DNA from: an uncultured Gemmatimonadota bacterium
GTDB lineage: Bacteria > SM23-81 > DAOVCL01
DNA: 64,000 bases
Direction: 5' to 3'
Assembly: GCA_964626665.1 (NCBI GenBank)
Contig: CAZVGK010000008.1
Location: 31,779 to 95,778 of the forward strand
Position 1 is the first letter of the stretch, and every line of letters begins with the position of its first letter. A program made the position numbers and the translations under genes. This document shows positions 20,112 through 29,835 of the stretch, piece after piece. The notes beneath the pieces were generated by a model. That model did not search any database and was not told the origin of the DNA. It saw only the letters and a list, made by a program, of their open reading frames with translations.

Positions 20112-20954
20112 ATGGTTTGCAGGGATCTCGCACGGTTTAGTGCAACAACATTCCTTTCTCTAATAGTCGCCAGCTCAATTCTTTTAAGCGGCTGTAAGAA
20201 CCAGGAGGTGCCCAGTCACTGGTCAGCACAACCAGTGCAGGTAGATGGTCAAATGACTGATTGGGCAGGTATACCCGCGAATTACCTGGAGGATAGCGGC
20301 GTGCAACTGGGTTTGTGCAATGATAACCAGAACCTGTACATTCTCTTTCGTTTCAGTAACCAAGCCTGGGCGCGCACCATTCGCATGGGTGGGGTGACCC
20401 TCTGGCTGGATAATTCCGGCAAAAAGAAGAAGGACTTCGGCATCCGTTACACTGGCGGGCCATCTCTTTCCGAGATGCAAGGGCAGGGAATGGGTGACCG
20501 GGGTGGCTTCAGGGAGAGCCTCACCCCGGAACAGAAGAAGCGCTTCCTCCAAAGACAGGCAGCCATGGCCAATAAAATCACCGTCATCAACAAGGAAAGG
20601 AATAAGGAATCAACCATACCGGCAAGTGGTTCCAGCGGTTTGGCTGCGGGCTCTGCGGTGCTTCAGGGGATTTACACCTATGAGTTCCGCATCCCGTTGC
20701 AGAAAGGGGATATTAGCCACTATGGCATTGGAACGCAACCGGGACAGGCCATCAGCCTTGGATTGGAGTGGGGTGGCATGAGCGACGCGAACCGGGAAAG
20801 GATGAAAAGGATGGGTAGTGGCCCGCCTGGTGGTATGGGTGGTGGTCGAGGTGGTGGTCGAAGTGGCGGACCCAGGGGTGGTTCCCGCCCACAGCCACCA
20901 GAAGAGCAGGAGATCTGGGTGAAAACTCGGTTGGCTTTACCTTCGGCAGAATAG
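20112..20954 (+). CDS. Lipoprotein, CBM9/DOMON-like beta fold with Gly/Arg-rich tail
   Basis: Lipobox LSGC; VDGQMTDW; YEFRIPL; GGMGGGRGGGR; internal SLTPEQKKRF. Confidence 0.6.
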   Translation: MVCRDLARFSATTFLSLIVASSILLSGCKNQEVPSHWSAQPVQVDGQMTDWAGIPANYLEDSGVQLGLCNDNQNLYILFRFSNQAWARTIRMGGVTLWLDNSGKKKKDFGIRYTGGPSLSEMQGQGMGDRGGFRESLTPEQKKRFLQRQAAMANKITVINKERNKESTIPASGSSGLAAGSAVLQGIYTYEFRIPLQKGDISHYGIGTQPGQAISLGLEWGGMSDANRERMKRMGSGPPGGMGGGRGGGRSGGPRGGSRPQPPEEQEIWVKTRLALPSAE

Positions 20955-20964
20955 GGTTAAAGCG

Positions 20965-21111
20965 ATGCCATGGTTTTCTGGACAGAAGGTGCGATGGGCG
21001 GCAGTCTTTTGCACTTTGTTCCTTTTGTCGTCATTGCTGCCTTCTTGTGCCACGGTGCCTTCTTCCCAAAAATATGTAGGCTCGGTTTTTGATTCAGGTG
21101 CGTCGAGATAA
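20965..21111 (+). pseudogene. Truncated lipoprotein N-terminus (48 aa), paralogous to 25748-26493
   Basis: MPWFSGQKVRWAAVFCTLFLLSSLLPSCATVPSSQKYVGSV..., ends where the low-GC block begins. Confidence 0.55.
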
Positions 21112-21123
21112 AAGGAGAAAAAA

Positions 21124-21822
21124 ATGGGTTTAATAAAGTTGGAAAGTGTCAAAAAAGTTTATCAAATGGGAAATGTATCTGTTACTGCTTTAAAGGGCAT
21201 TGATGTCGAAATTGACAAAGGAGCCTTCATCTCATTTATCGGTCCATCTGGAAGCGGAAAAACCACTCTTTTGAATTTGATTGGCTGTTTGGATAAACCA
21301 ACTTCCGGAAATCTGGAAGTTATGGATACAAACATTGCAAAATTAAATTATGTGGAAAGAGCAAAATTTAGAGGTGAACATCTGGGATTTATCTTTCAGA
21401 ATTTCAATTTGATTCCTGTTCTCACCGTTTATGAAAATGTGGAATATCCGCTTGTAATGGTGAAGTCACTTCCAAAGAAGGAAAGAGAAGAAAAAGCACT
21501 TTCCTTGCTCGATGCAGTGGGAATGCTAGATCAGAAAGATAAAATGATAAACCAGATTTCAGGTGGACAAAAGCAGCGAGCTGCTATTGCCCGAGCATTG
21601 ACAACCGATCCTAAAATTGTATTGGCAGATGAACCAACTGCAAATCTTGACCACAATTCAGCATATAAAGTGGTACATTTGATGAAAAAACTAAGCCGGG
21701 GAATCGGAACTACTTTCATCTTTTCAACTCACGATCCCAAAATAGTGGCGGAAGTTGATATCATCTACACACTTGAAGACGGTGTTCTTACTAAACGCGA
21801 AGAGAGGGGGAACAATGAATAA
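21124..21822 (+). CDS. ABC transporter ATP-binding protein (LolD/MacB-type)
   Basis: [26 protein letters not shown]; low GC. Confidence 0.92.
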   Translation: MGLIKLESVKKVYQMGNVSVTALKGIDVEIDKGAFISFIGPSGSGKTTLLNLIGCLDKPTSGNLEVMDTNIAKLNYVERAKFRGEHLGFIFQNFNLIPVLTVYENVEYPLVMVKSLPKKEREEKALSLLDAVGMLDQKDKMINQISGGQKQRAAIARALTTDPKIVLADEPTANLDHNSAYKVVHLMKKLSRGIGTTFIFSTHDPKIVAEVDIIYTLEDGVLTKREERGNNE

Positions 21823-23050
21823 TATCATAAAAATTGCTTTCAGAAATCTCTACCGTCAGAAACGGAGAAGTTTTCTCACAATTGGAATTGTCGCATTTGG
21901 AGTTCTCGCTGTTCTGCTGTTTTCGGCAACAGCCGGTTCCTTCAAAAATTTCGTAATTGGAGAAATAACCGATTCAATGTTGGGGCATATTCAAATACAT
22001 GCCAAAGGTTATGTTGGAGCGCTTGATAATCTACCGCTTGATAGAACATTAGATGAAAAACAAATCAAACAAATGGAAAAAGTGCTGAATAACATTCCCG
22101 AAATTGAAAGTTATTCTTATCGGATCTTATTGGGTGGAATGTTGAGTAATTATCTGGAATCTACCAGCGCAAAATTTTCTGCTATCATTCCCGCCAAAGA
22201 AGATAAGGTAGTTCCTTTATTAAAAGATAGACTCAAAAAAGGAAATTTTCTCAGAAAAGGTGAAATTCTTTTGCCCGAACTCATTACCAAAGGTTTCGAT
22301 TCCAAAATTGGTGATGATATTGTGTTGGTAGCAACTAACGCAGACGGTTCGGTAAACGGACAGTCATTTAAAATTTCGGGTGTTATGGAAAGTGTGATGG
22401 GACCAACCGGTAAATATGGTTACATCCATTTCGACGATGCAAGAACACTTCTGCGAATGGATGGAATGGAAATTAGTGAAGTTGCAATTCGCTTGAAAAG
22501 TTTTGATGATATGAATGAAGTTAATTCCATATTGAACAAAAAATTGGGAGCAATTAAAAATCCGAAGGAGAATAATGTCTTTGAAGTTCACACTTGGGAA
22601 AGTCTCTCTCCATTTTATAATATAGCGCAAATGATAGATATGATGGCACTTTTCATTAAAGCAATCCTTATCGGAATTGTACTAGTAAGTATTATGAATG
22701 TAATGATAATGGCAGTTTACGAGCGCACAAAAGAGATTGGGTCAATTTCCGCAATGGGAACTTTGCCTTCAAAGATAAAATTAATGTTCCTTTTTGAAGG
22801 ATTCTTTCTGGGCATTTTCGGGTCTGTGATCGGTATTGTTGTTAGTATGATTTCAATTTTTATCGTGAATATTTCCCACTTTACAATCGCTTTTGGAAGG
22901 AACAGTAATATACTGCTGGAACCTGAAGTATCACTTTCTCAAATCGGGATAACAGCGTTTATTGTTATCATTGTATCCATTATTGCTGTAATGGAACCAG
23001 CTTCTAAAGCTTCTAAACTGGAACCGATAGAAGCATTAAGGCAAAATTAA
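21815..23050 (+). CDS. ABC transporter permease (LolC/E, FtsX-like)
   Basis: AFRNLYRQKRRS, ERTKEIG, 4-TM topology, KLEPIEALR. Confidence 0.88.
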   Translation: MNNIIKIAFRNLYRQKRRSFLTIGIVAFGVLAVLLFSATAGSFKNFVIGEITDSMLGHIQIHAKGYVGALDNLPLDRTLDEKQIKQMEKVLNNIPEIESYSYRILLGGMLSNYLESTSAKFSAIIPAKEDKVVPLLKDRLKKGNFLRKGEILLPELITKGFDSKIGDDIVLVATNADGSVNGQSFKISGVMESVMGPTGKYGYIHFDDARTLLRMDGMEISEVAIRLKSFDDMNEVNSILNKKLGAIKNPKENNVFEVHTWESLSPFYNIAQMIDMMALFIKAILIGIVLVSIMNVMIMAVYERTKEIGSISAMGTLPSKIKLMFLFEGFFLGIFGSVIGIVVSMISIFIVNISHFTIAFGRNSNILLEPEVSLSQIGITAFIVIIVSIIAVMEPASKASKLEPIEALRQN

Positions 23051-23065
23051 AATCTGGAGGGAAAA

Positions 23066-23842
23066 ATGTTTAATAAAATAAAAATATCAGAAAAAATTCT
23101 CTTCGTTGTTCTCATCCTTGCCATAAATACCGGTTTTCTCTTTGCGCAGGAAGCTCAGGAAATTAATGAAGCAGGAAACAAACTTCTCAAACAAATCGAT
23201 AGAAATCTATCTCCCGAATCATTTGAATCTCTACGAAAAATAATTAATATCGAACCAAACGGAACGAAAAAAGAATTTGTCCTCTTTGCTCTAAAAAAAG
23301 GGAATGACAAAATGGTTACTACTTTTCTTGCACCAAAATCGGAAGTCGGGCGTTCTACTCTTCGGTTGGATGAAAATATGTGGTTGTATATTCCGAATGT
23401 GGGGAAACCGATGCGCATTACAAGTCTGCAATCTGTAATCGGTGGAATTTTTAATAATTCCGATATTATGCAATTGGATTACAGCGCTGAATATGATGTA
23501 ACAGAAATGACCGACGACAGCGAAGAAAAAATGCTGACTTTAAAAGCAAAAACAACAACCGTTGCTTACGACAAATTGAAAATGTGGGTAAATATAAAGT
23601 ACAAAACACCTTCTAAAATTGAATGTTATACTGCCAGTGGGATGCTGATAAAAACACTTAATTTTAAGGAAATAAAAGATTTCGGAAACGGTATCATTCG
23701 CCCCTCAGTTTTAGAAACGGACAGTCCGCTTCACAAAGGTTATAAAGCTGTAATGATCTATGCAAACATTAAACCTCGCAAGATAGATGATGAAGTCTTT
23801 ACTCTGAATTTTATGGGAAAGATCAAGGATTTCAGAAAGTGA
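23066..23842 (+). CDS. LolA-like outer-membrane lipoprotein-sorting family protein
   Basis: Signal peptide; ENMWLYIPNVGKPMRI...FNNSD; typical gene order after the permease. Confidence 0.7.
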   Translation: MFNKIKISEKILFVVLILAINTGFLFAQEAQEINEAGNKLLKQIDRNLSPESFESLRKIINIEPNGTKKEFVLFALKKGNDKMVTTFLAPKSEVGRSTLRLDENMWLYIPNVGKPMRITSLQSVIGGIFNNSDIMQLDYSAEYDVTEMTDDSEEKMLTLKAKTTTVAYDKLKMWVNIKYKTPSKIECYTASGMLIKTLNFKEIKDFGNGIIRPSVLETDSPLHKGYKAVMIYANIKPRKIDDEVFTLNFMGKIKDFRK

Positions 23843-25107
23843 AATTTCTAATTATCTTCCTCCTCTCTTTTAACTATCTTTCTGCTCAGGAATACTCTTT
23901 TGATTTTGAAGAATTCGAGAAAAAACCTTACGAATATATTGGGAACCTCCAAATACAACCGGATTTTATGCTATTAAATAAAGCGTCAAAATTGTATGCA
24001 TTCAGCTTCCAAAATAAAGAAGAAAAAGATTACTGGGATTCTTATAACGCTTCCTTACAACTGAAAGGCAGCTATGAAATCTCAAAATTCAAATTTTCTT
24101 TGGATATCAAAGATCAGTTGTCGTTTACAAAAAATGATGAATTGGAAAATAATTTCAGTATTTATGAATTTTTCGGGAATGCAAATCTTTCTACTAATTT
24201 CTCAATGCAAATAGGTGAAAAATCGGTTAAATGGGGGAAGGGTTATATCTGGAATCCTGTTTCTTTTGTGGGACGGCAAAAAGACATAAACGATGTTGAT
24301 GCTGGTTCGGAAGGTTTCTGGATGATGAAACTCGATTATGTTAAAAGCCTCTCGGGACTTTTACAGAATTATTCCATCACACCTGTTTTTATCCCGGTAA
24401 CAGAAGATATTAACAAAGATTTTCAACTAATGAACAGTTTTAATTTTATCTTGAACAGCTATTTTCTTATCAAGGATACTGATATCGATTTTTATCTATT
24501 TATACAAGAGAAGAATTTTGAAAAACTTGGATTTGATTTTGCCCGAAATATTTTACCAAACTGGGAAATACACGCAGAATATGTTTATGAAAAAGACGTA
24601 ATAATCAATTCATGGAATTCAGATTACGAAGTTGAGCAATTTAAAATGGAATCAAACAATTATTTGTTTGGAAGCAGAATGCTATTTCCCACAAACATAA
24701 CCGTGATATTTGAATATCTGCACAATGATGTTGGTTTAGACACGGAACAAATGACGATATTTTTTGAAGCAGCAAAATTAGCAACTTCCGGAAATCCAAC
24801 TTTATTACCGATAATCAAAGAATATCAAATGGAAAGTTTCAGCGGTCAGTTTTTGATGAAGGATTATCTATATTTGAAATTATCGCAACCTGAACCATTT
24901 GACATTTTGTATTTCACATCTTCGGTTTACTTTTTGCATAATATGAATGATAATAGTGAAATGATTGGTGGAGAGCTAAACTATTCTCGATTCGAGGATT
25001 TAAATATGAAACTTAAATATAACCTGATGTTTGGAGAAGAAAACTCTGAATTCGGCGAGAAGATCAGTTCGGATAAAATAAGTTTTTTGATGGAATATGT
25101 TTTTTAA
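23839..25107 (+). CDS. Putative outer-membrane beta-barrel protein
   Basis: Signal peptide; GEKSVKWGKGYIWNPV; C-terminal MEYVF. Confidence 0.65.
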   Translation: MKFLIIFLLSFNYLSAQEYSFDFEEFEKKPYEYIGNLQIQPDFMLLNKASKLYAFSFQNKEEKDYWDSYNASLQLKGSYEISKFKFSLDIKDQLSFTKNDELENNFSIYEFFGNANLSTNFSMQIGEKSVKWGKGYIWNPVSFVGRQKDINDVDAGSEGFWMMKLDYVKSLSGLLQNYSITPVFIPVTEDINKDFQLMNSFNFILNSYFLIKDTDIDFYLFIQEKNFEKLGFDFARNILPNWEIHAEYVYEKDVIINSWNSDYEVEQFKMESNNYLFGSRMLFPTNITVIFEYLHNDVGLDTEQMTIFFEAAKLATSGNPTLLPIIKEYQMESFSGQFLMKDYLYLKLSQPEPFDILYFTSSVYFLHNMNDNSEMIGGELNYSRFEDLNMKLKYNLMFGEENSEFGEKISSDKISFLMEYVF

Positions 25108-25747
25108 GTCGCTGTGGCTAACAATGTGTCCACAAACTCCGCAAGCTCCGTTCGTGGCACAGAGGAAGGTTATACGACATGGCACTTCGAAGAGGAGAGA
25201 AAATGAAAATCCCAAAAAGCAAAGCACTTGAGCTAAGAGATGAGAAGATTTTGCAATTTCAGAAAGTCTTAGCCGAAGCAACCTACAGTAACGTTACGGT
25301 GAAGCTTACGAATTGGCATACTACGGTACAGAAACTTTATTGACTGAGCTATTCTCAAAAGAGGAGGCAATGAATTTCCGTAGCAGTGTAAATTCGGAAG
25401 TAGCTATTATCGGAGGAGAAATAGATTATGCCAAGGAATTACAGGACTACAAAGAGCATATTAATAGTTGTATCGCCCAATTGAAGGTGTATAGAGAAAG
25501 AATCCAGAATTTCTGGCGACTGATGAGTTAGAAACGGTCACAAAGTTAACAGTTGTTCCGTTCGTCTCTATGAGTTTTGATGGAAAAGTCGGGGGTTAAA
25601 CCTTTAAATACCAATTAAAAGTCTCAATGCGCTGCTTAATTTATCATGGGCAGACAATCACGATTAGAATTTCCTGAAACCTTATATTGCCACACCTGGC
25701 CGGTCCCGGGTCGGGGAGGCGAGTCTCCGTTAGAAAGGCAATGGATT

Positions 25748-26493
25748 ATGCCCTGGGCGCAGTGGGCAGTAGTCTCTTGCACTCTGGTGATTTTTACGCT
25801 ATCATTCTTCTGTGCCACCGCCCTTCTATCCGCAAATATGTAAGCCCAATCCGCAATGCCCGAGGACAGGTCCACGGCTTTGGATCCTTTTCGGCCCTTT
25901 GGGAGGAGTGGACGGTACAGTTTGGCGCGACAGATAGGGAAGAAAGATTAGGGGTGAGCAGTCCTTTAACCGTGGTTGAGGGCCACATTGACGAATTTCC
26001 GCTTCAAATTGCTGCCACTTTGATTGACTCCACCCTCATTGAGGCTGGCTTGCAGCACTACGCCACCCTTCTGGCAATGACTCCAGAAGAGCAGGCCGAT
26101 TTTCGCCGGGCCTACTGCAAACGGCATACTCCAGCAAATCACCTCCTTATCTGGTGTGAACTGCAGACAATTTGGGCGGAAAACTATCTGGCCCCTCGCC
26201 GCTGGATCATCTTTCTGGAGGACGATGCCGGCAATCAGTATGAACCTTTGCAAATATCCGAGGAATCTCCCCCCATTCGCCAAATGGTGACGGAGAGGAG
26301 GTCTGGATCCCAGCCTGAACAGGAACGCCGGGGATGGAGTGTACAACAGAAAGCCCTGATGTTCTCCTTTCCCAAAAGAAATATTCATGGAACTCCTGTC
26401 CCCTCTGAGAAGTTAAAGTTTTTGAAATTGACCTTTCAACTGAAGGGAGATGAGGAGACGAGGGCAGAAGGGGTTTGGGTATTCAAGAGATAG
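25748..26493 (+). pseudogene. Lipoprotein with a 1-bp frameshift near 25820-25823 (or a sequencing error)
   Basis: Signal and Cys (MPWAQWAVVSCTLVIFTLSFFCATA) in one frame, mature part (PSIRKYVSPIRN...VWVFKR) in another; adding one C to GCCC joins them. Confidence 0.6.
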
Positions 26494-26503
26494 GGACTGT
26501 TCA

Positions 26504-28180
26504 GAGGCTGTTTAAAAATAGAATTTTCGTCCTATGATCAGAGGTTCCCATCCGGCAAATCAGTCCTTTTTTGAAAAAATGAAGACCTTGAGATAGCCGC
26601 TCTTTGACATATGTAAGCAGTAAATTGCCCCTAGGGCTCCCTCAGAAGGCAAAGTTATCCCATCTTTAGCTCTTATAAGGCTAAGGCGGATTTCTATCCT
26701 CTTAGGGATAGAAAGTTCAGCCGCTCCCTCTTTTTGGGAGAAACCCTCTTCTGACTGACCCCTCTGGGCTACTGCCTATAAACCAGCCTTAAGCTGTCTT
26801 CTTCTGAAGTGACCTTTTGCTTTCTAAGAAAATTGCCAGAGAGTCCAAAAGATCACAGACATCGGCAATCACTGCTAAGAAGTGGGCATTATCCTTGTTC
26901 AGCAAGGTGATCTTCTCTAACCCACCTTTATTCCTATCCCGCCAGAAGCCGGACTCCTTCAACTTCCTTACCCTCAGCATCTTCCGGCTCACCTTAAGGT
27001 GTACAGGGATCTGGCCAAAGGCCACCGGGTATTGGGCAGAGTCAATTACCCTTAACTTCTCACATCCCCCGTAGAGGGGACAATCCTTTGGCTCATCCAG
27101 CCCACAGCCATAATAGTGAAGCCCGCTCTTTTGGTCAAGGCCCAACCACTGGAGGTTCTCCCCCATAACACAATAGGGAGCACCTCTCTCATCAACCATC
27201 TCAGGCAGGCGGCTGTTTACCTTCTTGTCGGTATGAACCACTACCCCAAACCTCTCCTTGGCCACCCTCTTGCGCTCAGAGTCTATGTAGGCCAAGTCTG
27301 CCACCACATACTTTACCTCAAGCCCCAAGGCCTGGGCCAGATATAAAAGGGGCAGAAGGAAATGGACATCCTGCTGATGGGCGGGAGCAACAATTGAAAT
27401 GAGGGTAACCACCTTGTTGTTGGGCAGGAGAATAGCTAAGGAGTGCTTCCTATGGCCCACCAGGAAACGGCTCTTGCCCTTCTTGGCTGCGCGCTTCCCT
27501 CTACTGGCTGTGGGGTCTCGGAACACCTCCACCTTACATCCATTGACCTCTATAACCTCAATAGGCTCCCAGCGACAAGGGGACTCCATCTCTGTGGAGT
27601 CGGTGATATGCAACTGAGAGCAGTTCTGGAAGAAGCCCAGGGAGTCAGCAGTCTTGATGAAGATAGAGATCAGGGTGAGCCGATCCCGGAAGGAGAAATC
27701 CTGGCGGAAGTTGGTCAAGGTAGCAGGACAGAAGCCATCCTTCTTGCTCTTTAGATGGCAGAATCTCCGATAGGCCTTTCGCTGCTTGAGCTCCCTACAG
27801 AGCTGATTGAAGGAGGGAATCCTCTTGATTGCCTTGAGGATATGGGCTCGCACCTTCCTGGAGATAGGGACAAGTTTTCTTCCCCGCCAGGCTATCTTAT
27901 AGGAGAAGGCTGCATCGATGGCCTCATCATTGATCAGCTCATCCAACCGTTCTAAGTCAGGATCAACCTCTTTATCATAGATCCTGATGAACGACAGTTG
28001 ATGACTTTGGCTCATTTCTTACCTCCTTAAAGGTTGAAGCTTTGACTATTAACAAGCAATAATATAATCAAATTTTCATCAAAGTCAACCTTTTTTAGAG
28101 GAAAAAGTAGATTTTTTTCAAAGAACTTCCTGAAAATTATACAGTTAACTCAAATTCAGAGGCAATTTTTAAACAGCCTC
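26504..28180 (-). mobile_element. Insertion sequence (IS1182/IS5-like DDE element), 1677 bp
   Basis: Perfect 16-bp TIRs GAGGCTGTTTAAAAAT / ATTTTTAAACAGCCTC; 5-bp target duplication GTTCA at 26499-26503 and 28181-28185. Confidence 0.92.
26789..28015 (-). CDS. DDE transposase
   Basis: ITDSTE, VGHRKH, VVADLAYI, Cys-rich insertion, RKLKESGF; inside TIRs. Confidence 0.88.
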   Translation of the reverse strand: MSQSHQLSFIRIYDKEVDPDLERLDELINDEAIDAAFSYKIAWRGRKLVPISRKVRAHILKAIKRIPSFNQLCRELKQRKAYRRFCHLKSKKDGFCPATLTNFRQDFSFRDRLTLISIFIKTADSLGFFQNCSQLHITDSTEMESPCRWEPIEVIEVNGCKVEVFRDPTASRGKRAAKKGKSRFLVGHRKHSLAILLPNNKVVTLISIVAPAHQQDVHFLLPLLYLAQALGLEVKYVVADLAYIDSERKRVAKERFGVVVHTDKKVNSRLPEMVDERGAPYCVMGENLQWLGLDQKSGLHYYGCGLDEPKDCPLYGGCEKLRVIDSAQYPVAFGQIPVHLKVSRKMLRVRKLKESGFWRDRNKGGLEKITLLNKDNAHFLAVIADVCDLLDSLAIFLESKRSLQKKTA

Positions 28181-28419
28181 GTTCAAGTGAAAAGAGGCCC
28201 CATGTCAAAGTTTGGCCTTATGCTATCGGTAAATTAGAAAACGGGAACCGTAGAATGGGTGTAATAGACAAAACTCATATTGTTCGATTGTGGAAAGCTC
28301 AACCGAAGGGGAAATCAGAAATCACCTCGGAGGGAGATAACGATCCCAAGCTGGTTAATAACCCCACTTCACACCTGCCTCGACCTGAAGCGAAGAGGGG
28401 GCTAAGGGACTATATCAAG

Positions 28420-29745
28420 ATGGTGCATATCTTGATTGTCTCACTGTTGATCGAGTTGACCATCCCAGCATATGCTTACTCGCAAGGACAGCTTCCCCCT
28501 AAGCCCCAGTCCATGGCCCAAGATTCCTTAACCTTAAATCAATGTATTGACATCGCCCTGAGAAATTCCCCTCAGGTGGCCATCACCAAGGGGAATATAA
28601 GCAAAGCCAAGATAAATCTAAGAGATGCCCAGTCCGGGTTTTTGCCCCAGGTTAACCTTTCGGGAGGATACGGGATTAATAACCTGAACAACAGGTTTGC
28701 CTGGGATGAAAAGCACTACAGCCTCTCCCTTTCTGCATCTATGAATCCCTTTGCCAGTGGGAAGAAGCTAATAAATGTTGCCAAGTCGAAGACATCCCTA
28801 TCCTCAGTGCGAGAAGGCTATCGCCTCACCAAGGCTTCCTTAGTCCTCGAGGTGACCAGGAAATATTACAGCTTGCTCAAAGCAGAGGAGCTTTTGGGGC
28901 TTAAAATACAGAGTTTAAACCAAAGAAGAACACACCTGGACTTCGCGCAGACCCAGTATGGCCTGGGGCTTGTGCCCAGGGCCGACGTTTTGAAGGCAGA
29001 GGTGGATCTGGCCTCAGCCCAGGTTGATTCCTTGCAGGCCGTGGGCAATTTGGGATTAGCCAGGGCAGAACTGAATGATAAGCTGGGCCTAAGCTTAGAC
29101 TATCCCGTTGAGGTTAAATCAGTTAAATTAGCCAAGGCTCCTCCCTCTGATCTGGACAGTTGCCTAACCCAAGCCCTGGCCCATCGTCCGGAACTTGCCC
29201 AACAGAGGTTAAACCTGTCGATCATGAAGGACAACTTGAAGCTGGCGGAGATAGACAGATTGCCACTTTTCACCCTTAAAGGCAGTTACAATGTTTATGC
29301 AGACAGATTTGTCTTCGGTGGGGTCCCTCTCAACCACGAGAATTGGGAAAGGAACAGGGATTGGCAGGTTGGCCTTGGACTGAGCTTCCCCATATTCGAC
29401 GGTGGAGTAGGGTGCCGGGCAATTCAAGGGGCAAAGATAGGGATAAATGAGGCCAAGCTCAATTACGAGGAACTGGAGAGGGGGGTGAAGTTGGAGGTGA
29501 AATCAGCGCACCTCAATCTGGTCACTTCACTCAAAAGGATAGAGCTTACGGATAAACAGGTGAAGAGCGCAAGGGAAAGCTACGAGGTGGCGTTAGGAAG
29601 ATATAAGACTGGGGTTGCTCCCATAACCGAGGTAATCGATGCGGAAGTGGCCCTCACCAGCAGCAAGGTAAACCACATTAGCGCAATCTACGATTACCTC
29701 TTAGCAAAGACTACCTTGCAGAAAGCTATGGATAAGCTATTTTAA
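28420..29745 (+). CDS. TolC-family outer-membrane efflux protein (start uncertain; track starts at 28255)
   Basis: LTLNQCIDIALRNSP, FPIFDGG, RYKTG duplicated OEP repeats; signal peptide from ATG 28420. Confidence 0.9.
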   Translation: MVHILIVSLLIELTIPAYAYSQGQLPPKPQSMAQDSLTLNQCIDIALRNSPQVAITKGNISKAKINLRDAQSGFLPQVNLSGGYGINNLNNRFAWDEKHYSLSLSASMNPFASGKKLINVAKSKTSLSSVREGYRLTKASLVLEVTRKYYSLLKAEELLGLKIQSLNQRRTHLDFAQTQYGLGLVPRADVLKAEVDLASAQVDSLQAVGNLGLARAELNDKLGLSLDYPVEVKSVKLAKAPPSDLDSCLTQALAHRPELAQQRLNLSIMKDNLKLAEIDRLPLFTLKGSYNVYADRFVFGGVPLNHENWERNRDWQVGLGLSFPIFDGGVGCRAIQGAKIGINEAKLNYEELERGVKLEVKSAHLNLVTSLKRIELTDKQVKSARESYEVALGRYKTGVAPITEVIDAEVALTSSKVNHISAIYDYLLAKTTLQKAMDKLF

Positions 29746-29835
29746 TGACTTCCAGGAGTTACTTGCCGAAAAGGGGCAACAGTTCCTCGGCCCTGATTTC
29801 GGTGAGCCAATTGAATGGTTGAAAGGGAGGTATCG

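Noticed and set aside
25313-25531. 72-aa low-GC ORF
   Set aside because: No RBS or motif; probably a fragment at the cassette edge
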